Positions 52,801 to 64,000 of a stretch of DNA of 64,000 bases are shown in pieces. Origin of the DNA: Lingula anatina (taxonomy: Eukaryota > Animalia > Brachiopoda). The notes beneath the pieces were generated by a model, which saw nothing but the letters and a program-made list of their open reading frames with translations, was not told where the DNA came from and did no database searches. The position numbers and the translations under genes were made by a program. The first letter of the stretch is position 1. Every line of letters begins with the position of its first letter. The DNA lies in contig CM120641.1 in NCBI GenBank assembly GCA_051362555.1, positions 41,608,401 through 41,672,400 on the forward strand, in the 5' to 3' direction.

Positions 52801-55247
52801 CAGCTTGTGGGCGTATGTGCAACGAGAACCAGAGGTAGAACTTGCCTAAATAAAAAATTAAACTGGCTCAGTTTCAAAGGTGTGCTTCACTGCCACGTGC
52901 ACATATATATTTTCGAAATAATACCAATTTCGGTAATACCGTTTTAAACAATACTTTATTGGAGAAGCGTTAATTTTGCGCTCATTATTGTTTTTTTTTT
53001 TTTCAATTTCCATATTGCTTCTGCTAAAGAAATCGTACATAAACTCCCGAAGAAAGATTACTCTGAGTACAAACACATCTTTCTTTTCATTCGTTTCCGA
53101 AATCTTCACTCAAAGGAGTTTCTTGATGTATTGATAAACATGATGATAAGAGAAATAAAGGGAAAAAAGCGCAGTATAGTGCATTAGAATGTCAAATAGA
53201 AATTGAGAATTAAGAGAAATGTGATTGTATCACGCGATCATCAAACATCGAAACCAAACTTTTTTTCATGAGAAGACCTTGCAATGTTTACAGAGAGCTT
53301 TGCACGTTAAGGTACCATCTACATCATACAGATTCCACTGTGTATGGCTATGAAAACAATTAAGCGATGATAAAACATATTCCTCCGGTCTATTAATCGT
53401 ATTGATAAATTCACTCGGCAATTACAGGTATAACGTTACATGCAGCGGTCTGTTCAATCATTAGACGCAAAATCACCTAAAATGAAATATCTACCATAGT
53501 TTTTTTTCAAACGGTGTTGCATTATGGCTCGGTTTTGACATTGTGCGACCAATCTGTACCATAAACATGGCGTTTTACATTTACCTACCGTCTATATTCC
53601 ATAACCACCATGATAAAATTTAATCAGCAAATGATATTTATCAGGCTTGTAAAGTGTTTTATTCCTGTCTACTCGTTTTTATTTTCATTTAGATATGCCT
53701 ACTTCACTCGCTAAATTAGATTATTAATTCTACAAAAATACATACCGTTCTTTGCCCTTGGAATGTAAGCAATTTACTATATTCGAGGGGAAAGGTTGTT
53801 TTTTAAGAAAAGTTCAACAGGTGAAAAACAGTGAATTACTCTAATAAACCCCAAAGCTAATTAGATGATATATGGCAGGGCATCCTCTCAAAACAGGAAA
53901 CTCATTAATACCAACTACCGAATGTGAGTTTCAACTGAATGCTTGTTTTGCACAGGTACAGATGTGTATTTGTAAGACCAATATACAAAAAAAGGTCACT
54001 CACACCCAAACTACACAGCTAAATCCCAGGAATGTGTGAGTAAACCAGCAATTAATCTACCAGCTCGAAACACGAGTTTCAAATATAATAAAGATGGTAT
54101 TCTGGCAAAATTCGAACCGATCGTGAGTGGCATCTGGGAATAGCATCATAACATCAATACGGTACCAGAAGTGACAATTTCTAACCGTAAAGATATTTGA
54201 ACAAGACTTAGCCTAAGGTTATGTTTGCTTTATAGCTCATGATACGACTCTACACGTATTATGAACTAAACTAGTTTTAGTTTGAATGAACTGTATTAGG
54301 GTGAAAGGGGGGTTAATACTCCGTATTAGGTGTGCCTTCCATTTATCATGCAAAGTTTTATATATCTTACTCGTTTGCTGTGAAAGGAGCTGCGAAAGAC
54401 CACAGGGCGACCTATACTTTTTAACTGTCTATAGTTGTAGGACAAATACCTATACTTATGATATTTGATATAAAATCAGATAAAGGTATCAGTGTCCCAA
54501 GCATTTGTTACTGAGAGCCGGATTGCGCTTGACTTCTCTACCGCATTCTGATTTCTCAACCGGGCTGGAAGAGTGGAGGAGTGGAAGAGCACATATTTCA
54601 TCTAATGCAATAGCTGTGTCCAATAACATCTAGGTAAAGCAAATAAACTGCAGTTAACTGATTGTTTGCTGCTCCACTTTCTTCGGATAGCTGTATGTTG
54701 AGTTCAATTGGTCTGTCCTATCCATTCCAGTAATACCGTGTGTTATCCAACGCAATTCATATGATTGTTCTCATATTCGTGTACCACTTCTGTCTCTTTT
54801 TGATATCGACATACCAATACAAGCAGAGATGTTCTTGGCATCAGGTTTGTAGTGCTAAGTTTTTTTTACACATCCATGTAACGCAATTACAGCCCCTATG
54901 CTTTGGCAGTTACCAATCATTTACTAGCTTGACGCTATTTACGCAAGATATAAATATCGTAGTAAACATCTATGTTACTCAGCCCGTCAGTAAAAACTTG
55001 CTTTAACTTTTGTCTGTCCTTCTCCGTTAAGCGAATAAGCCAAACCCTAAACATTGGTTAAAATTCATGACAGTTAGACTGGCACGCTGTCGTTTTGGTT
55101 CTGACACATTTTGGTATGTTTTCTTGGAATTGATCACTACGTTAGTTTCCAGCCTCTTTCTGTCGTAAGGTGGTCAGTGTCCGCCATGTTGTTTCCACAT
55201 CGTGTCCATGCTGCAGTTTGCATGTGGTCCCACTGAAATCAGCTGGG

Positions 55248-55630
55248 ACAAAACACAACCACTCTGTAACACTACACTGTGACAACAACAACTTTGTCAT
55301 CCAACAATGTAACAACAACAACAACAACAACTCTAATACGAAACACTGTGACAACTACAACGCTGTCATCTAACACTGTAACAACAACAACCACAACAAA
55401 AACGGTGTTATCCAACGACTGTGACATCAACAACTTTGTCACGCAGCTCTGTCTGCACTCTGACAACAACAATTCCGATACGAAACACTGTGAGAACAAC
55501 AAGTTTGTTCTCTAACGCTGAGGACAACAACAACAACAACAACGCTGTTATCCAACACTTTGCAATTAATGACAACAACTCTTTTGCCCCACACTGTGAA
55601 AACAACAACGCTGTTACCCCACACTGACAA
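55248..55630 (+). repeat. Degenerate (AAC)n-rich tandem repeat with a recurring ACACTGTGACAACAAC core
   Basis: Repeated CACTGTGA(C/G/A)AAC, AACAACAAC and AACGCTGTTA motifs. Confidence 0.8.
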
Positions 55631-56150
55631 TTTACACCAATCATTTCTTTTCCTGTTATTTTCAATTCAAACTCGTTAGAATATGAACACATCAAACTAA
55701 ATTCTATATGAAATATCATATTTCTTTAAATTTGACGTTGCATGGTATTTTATTTGATTGTGTTATTCCAAATGTATGTATGTAATGAACCTTTTACATA
55801 TGAAATCATGTCCTTAATATAACCTCTCGGAATTCAGTTCAGCTTAATATGAGTTGAGGCATTAGGACATTGCGTTTTCAACTTGCTATACGAAAAACGC
55901 AATCCGAAGATTCCACTGCACGTGTCCTCAGACTTCACGCAAGAACGCACAAGGAAAATCCAAGTACACATAATAGCCAGCGATACGTTTTATTCGTCGA
56001 CGCTCGGTATATATGTAACTACGTATACACTATTATACATTTATGAAGTCTGCAACCTCGGAAGACTCCCCCCCCCCCCCACTCTCTCTTGGAACTTTCG
56101 TCCGTCATTTTGATTCTTTAAGTTTCAATTTATCGTGTATGTATGTGTAC

Positions 56151-56152
<2 letters not shown>

Positions 56153-56187
<35 letters not shown>
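56153..56187. repeat. (GT)n microsatellite
   Basis: Read directly from the sequence. Confidence 0.9.
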
Positions 56188-56191
<4 letters not shown>

Positions 56192-59100
56192 AGTGAGTGC
56201 CCCCGTACAGTTCATGCGAACTTTTGTACACGTGTCCTCTAGTGATTACCCTGACCCCTCTGGCACCACACCGTTTCTCGGTCTCAACCACCTACCCTCT
56301 CCAAAAGCCCTTCGGCTTCGCCCTTGATCATATTTCCATCAACGGCATATTCCGTTTCCAGAGAGAGAGACAAATCACTCAATTAACGTGCTAACTCGCA
56401 GCTTTAACTGGATCTTGTGTATGGCGGAATTGAAAGGCAGAGGGAACAATGAGCCGTCATCTGGGACCAGTGTTCAAAGAAAGCGCATTACTGTTCGCAT
56501 CATCGATTAGGACACTCAATAGTTACCGCAAAATACATTTTGTAGATTTGTGTTGTCTACAAGTCAAAATAGCGTGTTGGTCAGTGAACTTGAATCATGG
56601 ATTTGACTTCAAAATGCGTTTTCTAATTAAATCTTGATATAGGTAATTACGTGGTTATTACTAGGGTGATTGTGAATGTTTGCCGTGGGTATCATGCGTG
56701 TACTGGAATATTCAACATGTTATGTTACATTCCTCTCTAACATGAAGTCATTTACATCAGCGTTTTCCTCTGTTCATTCCCCCATCCAGAATTTCTGTAG
56801 AAAAAAAGATGGACAAGAAATTACCAATTGGCACTCTTTTCTTCCTCTCCTCGCTCACTCCTGCACTGAGTAAATTTAATTTAATTTTATTATTTTTTTG
56901 AAAAATTAAAAAAAATTGAAGCATTTGAGTACCTTGCAAAATTGACTGTTGTTGTAGATCCGAGCCAGTAGTATTAAACACTCGATCCATGCTTAAAAGC
57001 AGCACATGACTAGAAGCGCCATTTTGTTTTGGAAAATTGGTTCCCCTCGCTCTGTATACACAAACCAATATGATCGCGGTGCCGGCTATGAGTGTTTAAA
57101 AATACCCGAGACAGTGAGTTATTACATTATAAAAGAACCAGACAAACCGGGCGGTGTTTTAGGGTTATTCAAATATACCAGGTATTGGTTGATTGATAGC
57201 CGAATAGTACTTGGTCTTCTCCATTACTGATATGACGCTCAATGAAATTATTAACTTTCTGTCATGTGCCACTTGACGACCTGGTCACAGATCACTGCTT
57301 TCGTCAATAAAATTGTTTGCTAAACTACATGTATGTACAGGTACCTGGTAACCCTGTTGGAATCTCTTCTAAGAAGACTCGGGTTTTAAGGTCTTAGCAA
57401 GATAGCAAGATGTTTTTCAATAAAGCTTTCGTAATTTACACCTTGGACCTTGTTGTTTTCGAACAAGGTTTTTTTGCCTCCAATTTCGGCTTGCAATCAT
57501 GAAAGGACACCCGTTATTTTTTATTAGTCGCCATATACTGCGAATTGCCTGATATTAAGGGATTTGGGGAACATTATCCAGCTTTGTCTAATGGTAATTA
57601 ATGCATGCACCTAGGTTTTTTAAATTGGTGCTAATATAGTATAGTTATGTATCAGTACCAGTAGCTTAAAGTAGCTTAACACATTTCTAAGCTTAGACTC
57701 TGTAGGCAAAGGAAAAAAACATCATTATTGGCTATCATTATTGGCAATCTTTTATGTTACCTAAGGCATCCATTTTCCGACTTTTACTTTTTTCATTGTT
57801 TTTTCCCCCCAAGATATCTAGTTTTCTGTTGAGAAAAATTAACCATTTCATCAAATCTCAACACTATTTAAACAGGACACAATCCAATAGAGAATGGAAC
57901 CACCAAACAAGTTCCCTTTCAGAAAAGGTCAGGGGTTGATACAGTAGTTCCACTTCTTACTGGCAGTCCTTTTTTATCAAGCAATCGATGCTTTTTCATC
58001 ATTTAGTTACACTAAGATAACGTTATGATGAAGCGTCATACACATGTATACAGGGGTCCACGCTCACACCTGATATCCCATATTTAATGTGTTTCGTACC
58101 TAACATTTGCTCACGTACTCGAAACTATAAATGGGAAAATCACATAAGATTATGAAGTACTATTGGTAGACTTTGGCTCATCTAATTACAAAAACAGCAG
58201 TTTATCAAGATTAATCATATGATTCCTATTAGATACGTCACAGATCGAATATCGCACGGATGTGATTGTGTATGTATTTGGAATGGCGTTCGTTTTGCTT
58301 GTCACAGTCGAGTACGCTTGCCTGCGTCTTACACATGCAATGCGCGATACAAAGAGAAACTCTCCCTTCAGCTATAGATAATTTGGAAAAAAAATGTCTA
58401 AATGTCTCATTAGTTTGAAATATCTTCTGTTTGACATGTGTCGCATAACCTGCTGTAGGAATGTACCGCATTCTACTCTTTTCATAATTGTTAGGTATAT
58501 CCAGTTAAGTCAATAAAGAATTCAAATAAAATATCATACTGGACACTGACGTACGGTATATGGTGTCGAGCAAAGTTTCATATATGTCCCGTAAACCTAT
58601 ATGTATACACTGTATATTACATCAACATTCACAGTGAGATTTTTATTTAATGCGGACATAATGTATTTCTTTATTGATTCAAACGACTACTGCTTCGATG
58701 AATCCAAATCCAATTTGATTTAACCACATAGATTCAGAACAATGGCCAGTGGTGTTAGGTTTGAAATTGGCGCATTATTCTGCCACTTGGAAAGACAATA
58801 TTGGTTTATGGCAATCGTATGAGATGTTAAATGTTCAATACCTCCGTGTAATAGAGGCGAACGCTGTGAATATAATGCATGTAGGCAGTAAACAGTCGTG
58901 GTGTTTTCCACTTGTTAGCTTCAATTCAATGCAACATTAAAGACATCGTCGTTGATTGCTTCTGCTTGCTAATAATTTCCAGGAATTGCATCTGAGGTGG
59001 TTCTGTAACGATAGCTCAATTTTAAGATAGCGAATCTGAGATGTATTGCATTTCATTGGAATTCTTTTGTTAATCTTGATTAACTGATGTTTTTGTAATG

Positions 59101-59284
59101 AGATATGCCAAAGTCTAGTACTTCATAATCCTATACAATTTTTCTATGTATCGTTTTCAGTACTTGGACTAGTTTTATATACGAAACACATTAAATGGAA
59201 CTATGTCAGGTGAGGAGGCTTTTAGGGCCTATACAGGTGTGTGTGTCTCAAGTTCGACACAGCAGCTGATCGCTGACAGGTGAA

Positions 59285-59451
59285 CAGGGGCGGATTGAAA
59301 CCATCTTCTGGGTCTTCTACAAGACAGTTAGAATTTTTCAAGTTTACATTGACAGGCATCTACAGGTAATTTTTCTGTCCGAAGACGGTCAAAAATTGAG
59401 GATGGATCAAAAAAGACAATCTGGAAGAAAATATCTCTGGATCCGCCCCTG
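59285..59451. mobile_element. Short MITE (CAGGGGCGGAT TIR), copy 2
   Basis: CAGGGGCGGAT ... ATCCGCCCCTG. Shares TTTTCAAGTTTACATTGAC, GAAGACGGTCAAAAAT and GAGGATGGATCAA blocks with copy 1. Confidence 0.75.
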
Positions 59452-60571
59452 GGTGGTCCATTTTAGTAGGATTGAAAGCGCAAGCAATTGTAAGCCTAAA
59501 ACTAACAAAAAATAAAATGATAAATTAATAAAACTGAAAAATATTTTTAAAAAACTATTCCATAGTGAATGATGGTACACTATATAATATGCCATGTTCA
59601 AGTAGATGAATCAAATACAGAAAAATTATCACCTGGAGTAATTAAGAAATAAAGGCTAGGTTAGGTGGCAAAGTTGATTAATCTCATTTTCTAAGAAATC
59701 ATCAAGGCCGTTTTCTAAGTGAAAAGACGCACAGATTTACTTATGAAAATGTGCTCTTCGATATGATTAGCAACACCATAAACAATACAATTATATCTGT
59801 AGCAACATAAGGTACACACATTCGGAGTCCACGTTTCCGTCGCATGGGATATGATATTGCCTTCTTGTGGTAATACACGTTGAATGCAGTTGAAATATAT
59901 AGATGAATACTTAATTGGCTTGGTTAGTACAGTGGTAGAGCGTCACATTGCCCTTCGATATTGTTCTATTTTCCAATACAATAGTTTAGCTGTTTAGGAC
60001 AAAAGGGGTACATGATTTCCTATACAATTAAGTCGCTTTCCTCCAGGAAGTTGGGATATTGAACGATGTCCATTGCATATCGGGTGTCACAAATTTAGTA
60101 AATGTAGGACTGGTAGCGTCTATATGTCGGTTGAAATGTGGAATGAAAGCTGTTCCAAGCTTAAGACACCAGGTGAAAACATTTTGAAAATGAATCACAT
60201 TGCAACAAGAGATCTAGAATGACGTAGGGGCTTGCAAATATTTCGTATATGGCACTGACAAAACCAAAACAAACGCGTTTGGACAATTAGCATTCGGGGT
60301 TATAGTTGGCGCAATATTGAAATATCAAAACAGACCACATTAGCTACGATTGCAGCAGATGTAAAACACAAAAAAAGGTGTTTATTTCTTCGTCAGGTGT
60401 TATAATATGCTACATGTACCTGCTTGCTCTAACAATTAAAACAAATGACATTCGAAAATACGGATCTTTTTTTTCTCTAAAACGTTAAAGTGTATATTCA
60501 GATTGTTGGTCTGCAATGACAATTACATTGTATGTATGTGAACATTGCTCTGGCGGCCTGAGGGTTTGTTG

Positions 60572-60573
<2 letters not shown>

Positions 60574-60605
<32 letters not shown>

Positions 60606-60613
60606 GGGGGGGG
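60574..60613. repeat. Poly-G tract
   Basis: About 40-nt G run with one A interruption. Confidence 0.9.
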
Positions 60614-63044
60614 TGGAAGTACAACTGTATTAGAAAATCTTCTCCGGTAGTTTGACATAATTACATATAAAAAGAAAACCCATTTTTTTTATAAATTACT
60701 CTCTTTGTGCCGCCATTCCATTCATTTCAAAGGTTGAAAGGCTTTCTATTTATGTAACCGGGATGAAAAAGACATTGATGTCTATACGGGCACATTCTAT
60801 TAAATTCTGTCAAACATAAAAGATACGTTCCACGGGATCACTTTTACGGCTCTTTTATTGTTGATGACCTAATTGAGCTTTGGCATGTGTCTCCCCTGCT
60901 AGGAAGCCTGCAATGACACGGTCATATAGGTTTAGCCACATAATATCACACATATCATGAATCGATACATTGGCGTGAAGCAGATTATCAAATATTTTAG
61001 ATGATATACCTGCATGTACATGTTTGAGCAAAACATGCATAACATTTCTGTAAGCTTTTGTAACGCACTGAATAGTAATTAAAGTATGAAACACGTACTT
61101 CATTAGGACAGAGTCAATATTGAATAGATTTCCATAACCACAATATAAATATTTTATTTGGTATGCTAACATGGTACTGCATTCGTTATGCGGGGCACTT
61201 TGTGAAAACTCTGCTGTCTGTTGTTGATTTGGGACATAAAGCCTGGCGCATTAGGTACGAAAAACATTAGCAAAAAATATCGAATATGCTTAAAACAAGT
61301 TATATTTGGATGGGATTTGGTTGGTTTTCATAAAGTGAAATATGATGCTTTATTGTTTTGCCAGCAGTGAGAAACAATATCTTTTCTTTGTTTTAAGCTG
61401 GGTATGATATGTATGATACGCCGAGTTCCTCGTGATGTACGTAATGTTGACATCTTTTCTAAGCTGTTACTGCAGTCGACTCATGAAAATAACATAGACA
61501 AATATTGGTTCACTTCAGCTTTGTTAATTAAACAGATCTCGTGTTTTAGTTAAATGCGGTGGCAGATATAATTGCTCAAAGACGCGCATACAAAAGTCGT
61601 TCAAAGTTGACGACGCCGAATGCACGCTATCCAATTCTTAACTAGTTCGTTTATTCTATGTCTTTCTTTTTTTATGTAGCCTCATTATTTCTTGTGTGCA
61701 AACCTGCTGCCCTAAGTTATGTGGCGTTAATGCACACTCTCCACAACACTGTTCACGCTCAAGATAAGTTAAAACTCTGAGGGTGAATATTACCTACACG
61801 TACATGTATATACGCGGTAATGTCGTGTGATAAAGACACGCACCGAATGTTTTTAGCTTTTGGTCTTAGTTGAGAGAGAGAGAGAGAGATTGTTTTTTTA
61901 TGTGTATTTTCCCACTAAAAGTACTTTTTTTTTGCCAAAGTTAAGTGTAAGCCGGATTTAAATGCGGTCCCCAGTCAACTTATTCAGCAAACAATTCAGA
62001 ACAACAGTAGTACATGTACGTGCATTTCGAAGTCGATTTTAAATTAATACAATCTTCTGAGTATTTCGGAAGGCATTTAGAAGTTTCTTAAAAGAAGCTG
62101 CAATTATACAAAATGATCTTTATCCCCTCGATTGATTCAGGGAATCTGTTAGGCTGTCAGTTTAGACGAATGCAGCGATCCTTGGAGATGTCTCCTCATT
62201 GTAAAAAAAAAAATCCAACCTCAATCCGGCAAATGCCAGACAAAATGATTCAGTGATCGGTGCCACTAATAAGCAGACGGTGCAAGATTAGAATGTGAAA
62301 AGGTTTTGAGAGAATTATCATGCGTCACTAGCAACGACTAGAAAAGAATTGGACTATATGCAGACTTCTACTTCTCCGATTGTAAGGTTACCCAAAGCTA
62401 CGAGGAGCGGTCACTTTTGACCAGTGTGATTTGTAAATCAGGTGCAATTACCAAATGAGAGTTAATGCTGTAATGATGTCAAAATAAAAACAGACTGAGA
62501 GTCAAAAGGAAAAAATATCGTGTCTTTTCTCAATGAACAGCAAAACAGTATGTCATGTCTGTATAATCACGCCTGCCGATACAAAAAAAGCGGATGAAGC
62601 GAATATAGTTGAATAGGAAGTGCATCTCAAGTACTCCAATGAACCTTTACACTTATTATCTGTGAAAAAACTAGTGCGTACAAGCGTTTAGTGTTGATTC
62701 AAGCATTGCATATCCGTTGAAAATTTGCCAGTAAACAAAGATGTCTGACTTACCCATCCCAACTGAGATCTTCTCCTGATTTATTTGTCATTTTGATTTT
62801 TTACTATCTTGAATTTAATGGTGGGGGGAAATTGGCAAATCTGAAAGAGGGTTTGTATGTGATGGATGTGGAAATCGATTCTAGAAGCAAACTAATGTGC
62901 ACTCAGTACAAAAATGATCACTTTTCAAGCCACTGATAAATGGAAGTAAGTCGCAGTTAGTCGAGCTGTTAAGATAAACACATTCTTTGTTTTTGTTTTA
63001 TGAATAAGTCAGTGCCGCTAAAAGCATCATATGGTACATCTTTG

Positions 63045-63160
63045 AATACAATACAATACAATGAATTGCATTGTAACACAATACATTGCAATACAATACA
63101 ATACAACAGAAAAACAATACACTACAGAACAGTGCTGTGCGATTAATAACAATACAAAAC
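63045..63160 (+). repeat. Degenerate (ACAAT)n pentanucleotide repeat
   Basis: AATACAATACAATACA arrays. Confidence 0.75.
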
Positions 63161-64000
63161 GACACACAACCTAACACAGTGACACGCAATTTACAACGTC
63201 ACGCTACCACAAATCACACAAAACTTTCACAGTGCCTGTTCAAGCGATCCATTAAACATTCCCGACTGTTTAACACTGACAACCCATGCTAGATACTTCT
63301 ACAATGTACGCTTACTGCCGTGCATTAGAAATTGATTCGTCCTTAATATAAAGGATCGCTAAAAAGATCGACAAGACAATTTTGAACCGCTGCTACGTAG
63401 ATGCAGATAATTTGGTTATTATGTCTCCTGATGGATGCTTTTTGGTCGTGTTGGGTGACTTGGGCACAAGAGCAGCCCGCGGTGCTTTGTCTTTTTCACG
63501 ACAGTCCAAAGTCCTCATCGTGTGCAGAACCTTTGCTGTGATCCTCTGTGCACCTATTTTCTTCTGATTTTATCCCTGCGTTAAACTAGCATGCCGTCAC
63601 TATGTGGGCAATCATGAATAAGTCATGCAAGTAATCAGGTAATGGGGTTATAGCACTATATAGTATATATGTACGTATACGCACGAGTACAAAATGTATA
63701 AATTTAACAACAAATAATTGAAATTATGATAATAAATATCCAAAATACTACTTGTAAGCAGGCATACTATAGTATGTACCTTACAGAAAATACAAAATTA
63801 GATCTGTGCGAAAGGCATTAAAAAAAGATAATGTTATTTAACAAATGAATAAAAATTAAATCATCATCTGTACCAGTAATAAAGATATAAAAGGGAATAT
63901 GCAAAAATCTTTTGGAGATATGAATGGATATCCATCCCTGTTATTCTTTATGCAAGCCATCTGCCGGCTATGAAATATTTTTCGTTTGCTTTAAATGATA

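Noticed and set aside
55142-55719. Thr/Asn/Val-rich ORFs on both strands, superficially mucin-like
   Set aside because: Translations of a degenerate (AAC)n repeat, with stops in all frames.
63481-63567. Peptide ...FAVILCAPIFF resembling the expected start of the next receptor exon (VILCA)
   Set aside because: A stop codon follows within 5 codons, there is no phase-1 acceptor immediately before the motif, and no downstream similarity; a chance match.

Overview
Eukaryotic, AT-rich (roughly 35-38% GC by eye), repeat-rich animal DNA. It is probably a lophotrochozoan such as a mollusc, inferred from the abundant TACATGTA words, HINE/Helentron-type elements and MITE repertoire. Only two credible coding segments were found in 64 kb, both on the + strand and about 29 kb apart: 7879-8590 and 37133-37904. 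Each is one large exon encoding its own signal peptide and the N-terminal ~240-260 aa of a natriuretic-peptide-receptor / receptor guanylyl cyclase extracellular (ANF_receptor) domain. Each ends at a GTAAG donor at the same homologous position and in the same phase (phase 1). The two peptides are only about 30% identical by eye, and each exon has its own promoter-like motifs upstream. I found no downstream receptor exons (rest of ectodomain, TM, kinase-homology, cyclase) between or after them. The best explanation is an array of alternative, promoter-selected first exons spliced onto shared constant exons beyond the window, like clustered protocadherins or UGT1A, which would diversify ligand recognition of one receptor guanylyl cyclase. 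The remainder is intronic/intergenic, with microsatellites and many non-autonomous DNA transposons, including a nested pair and one carrying an internal 42-bp satellite.
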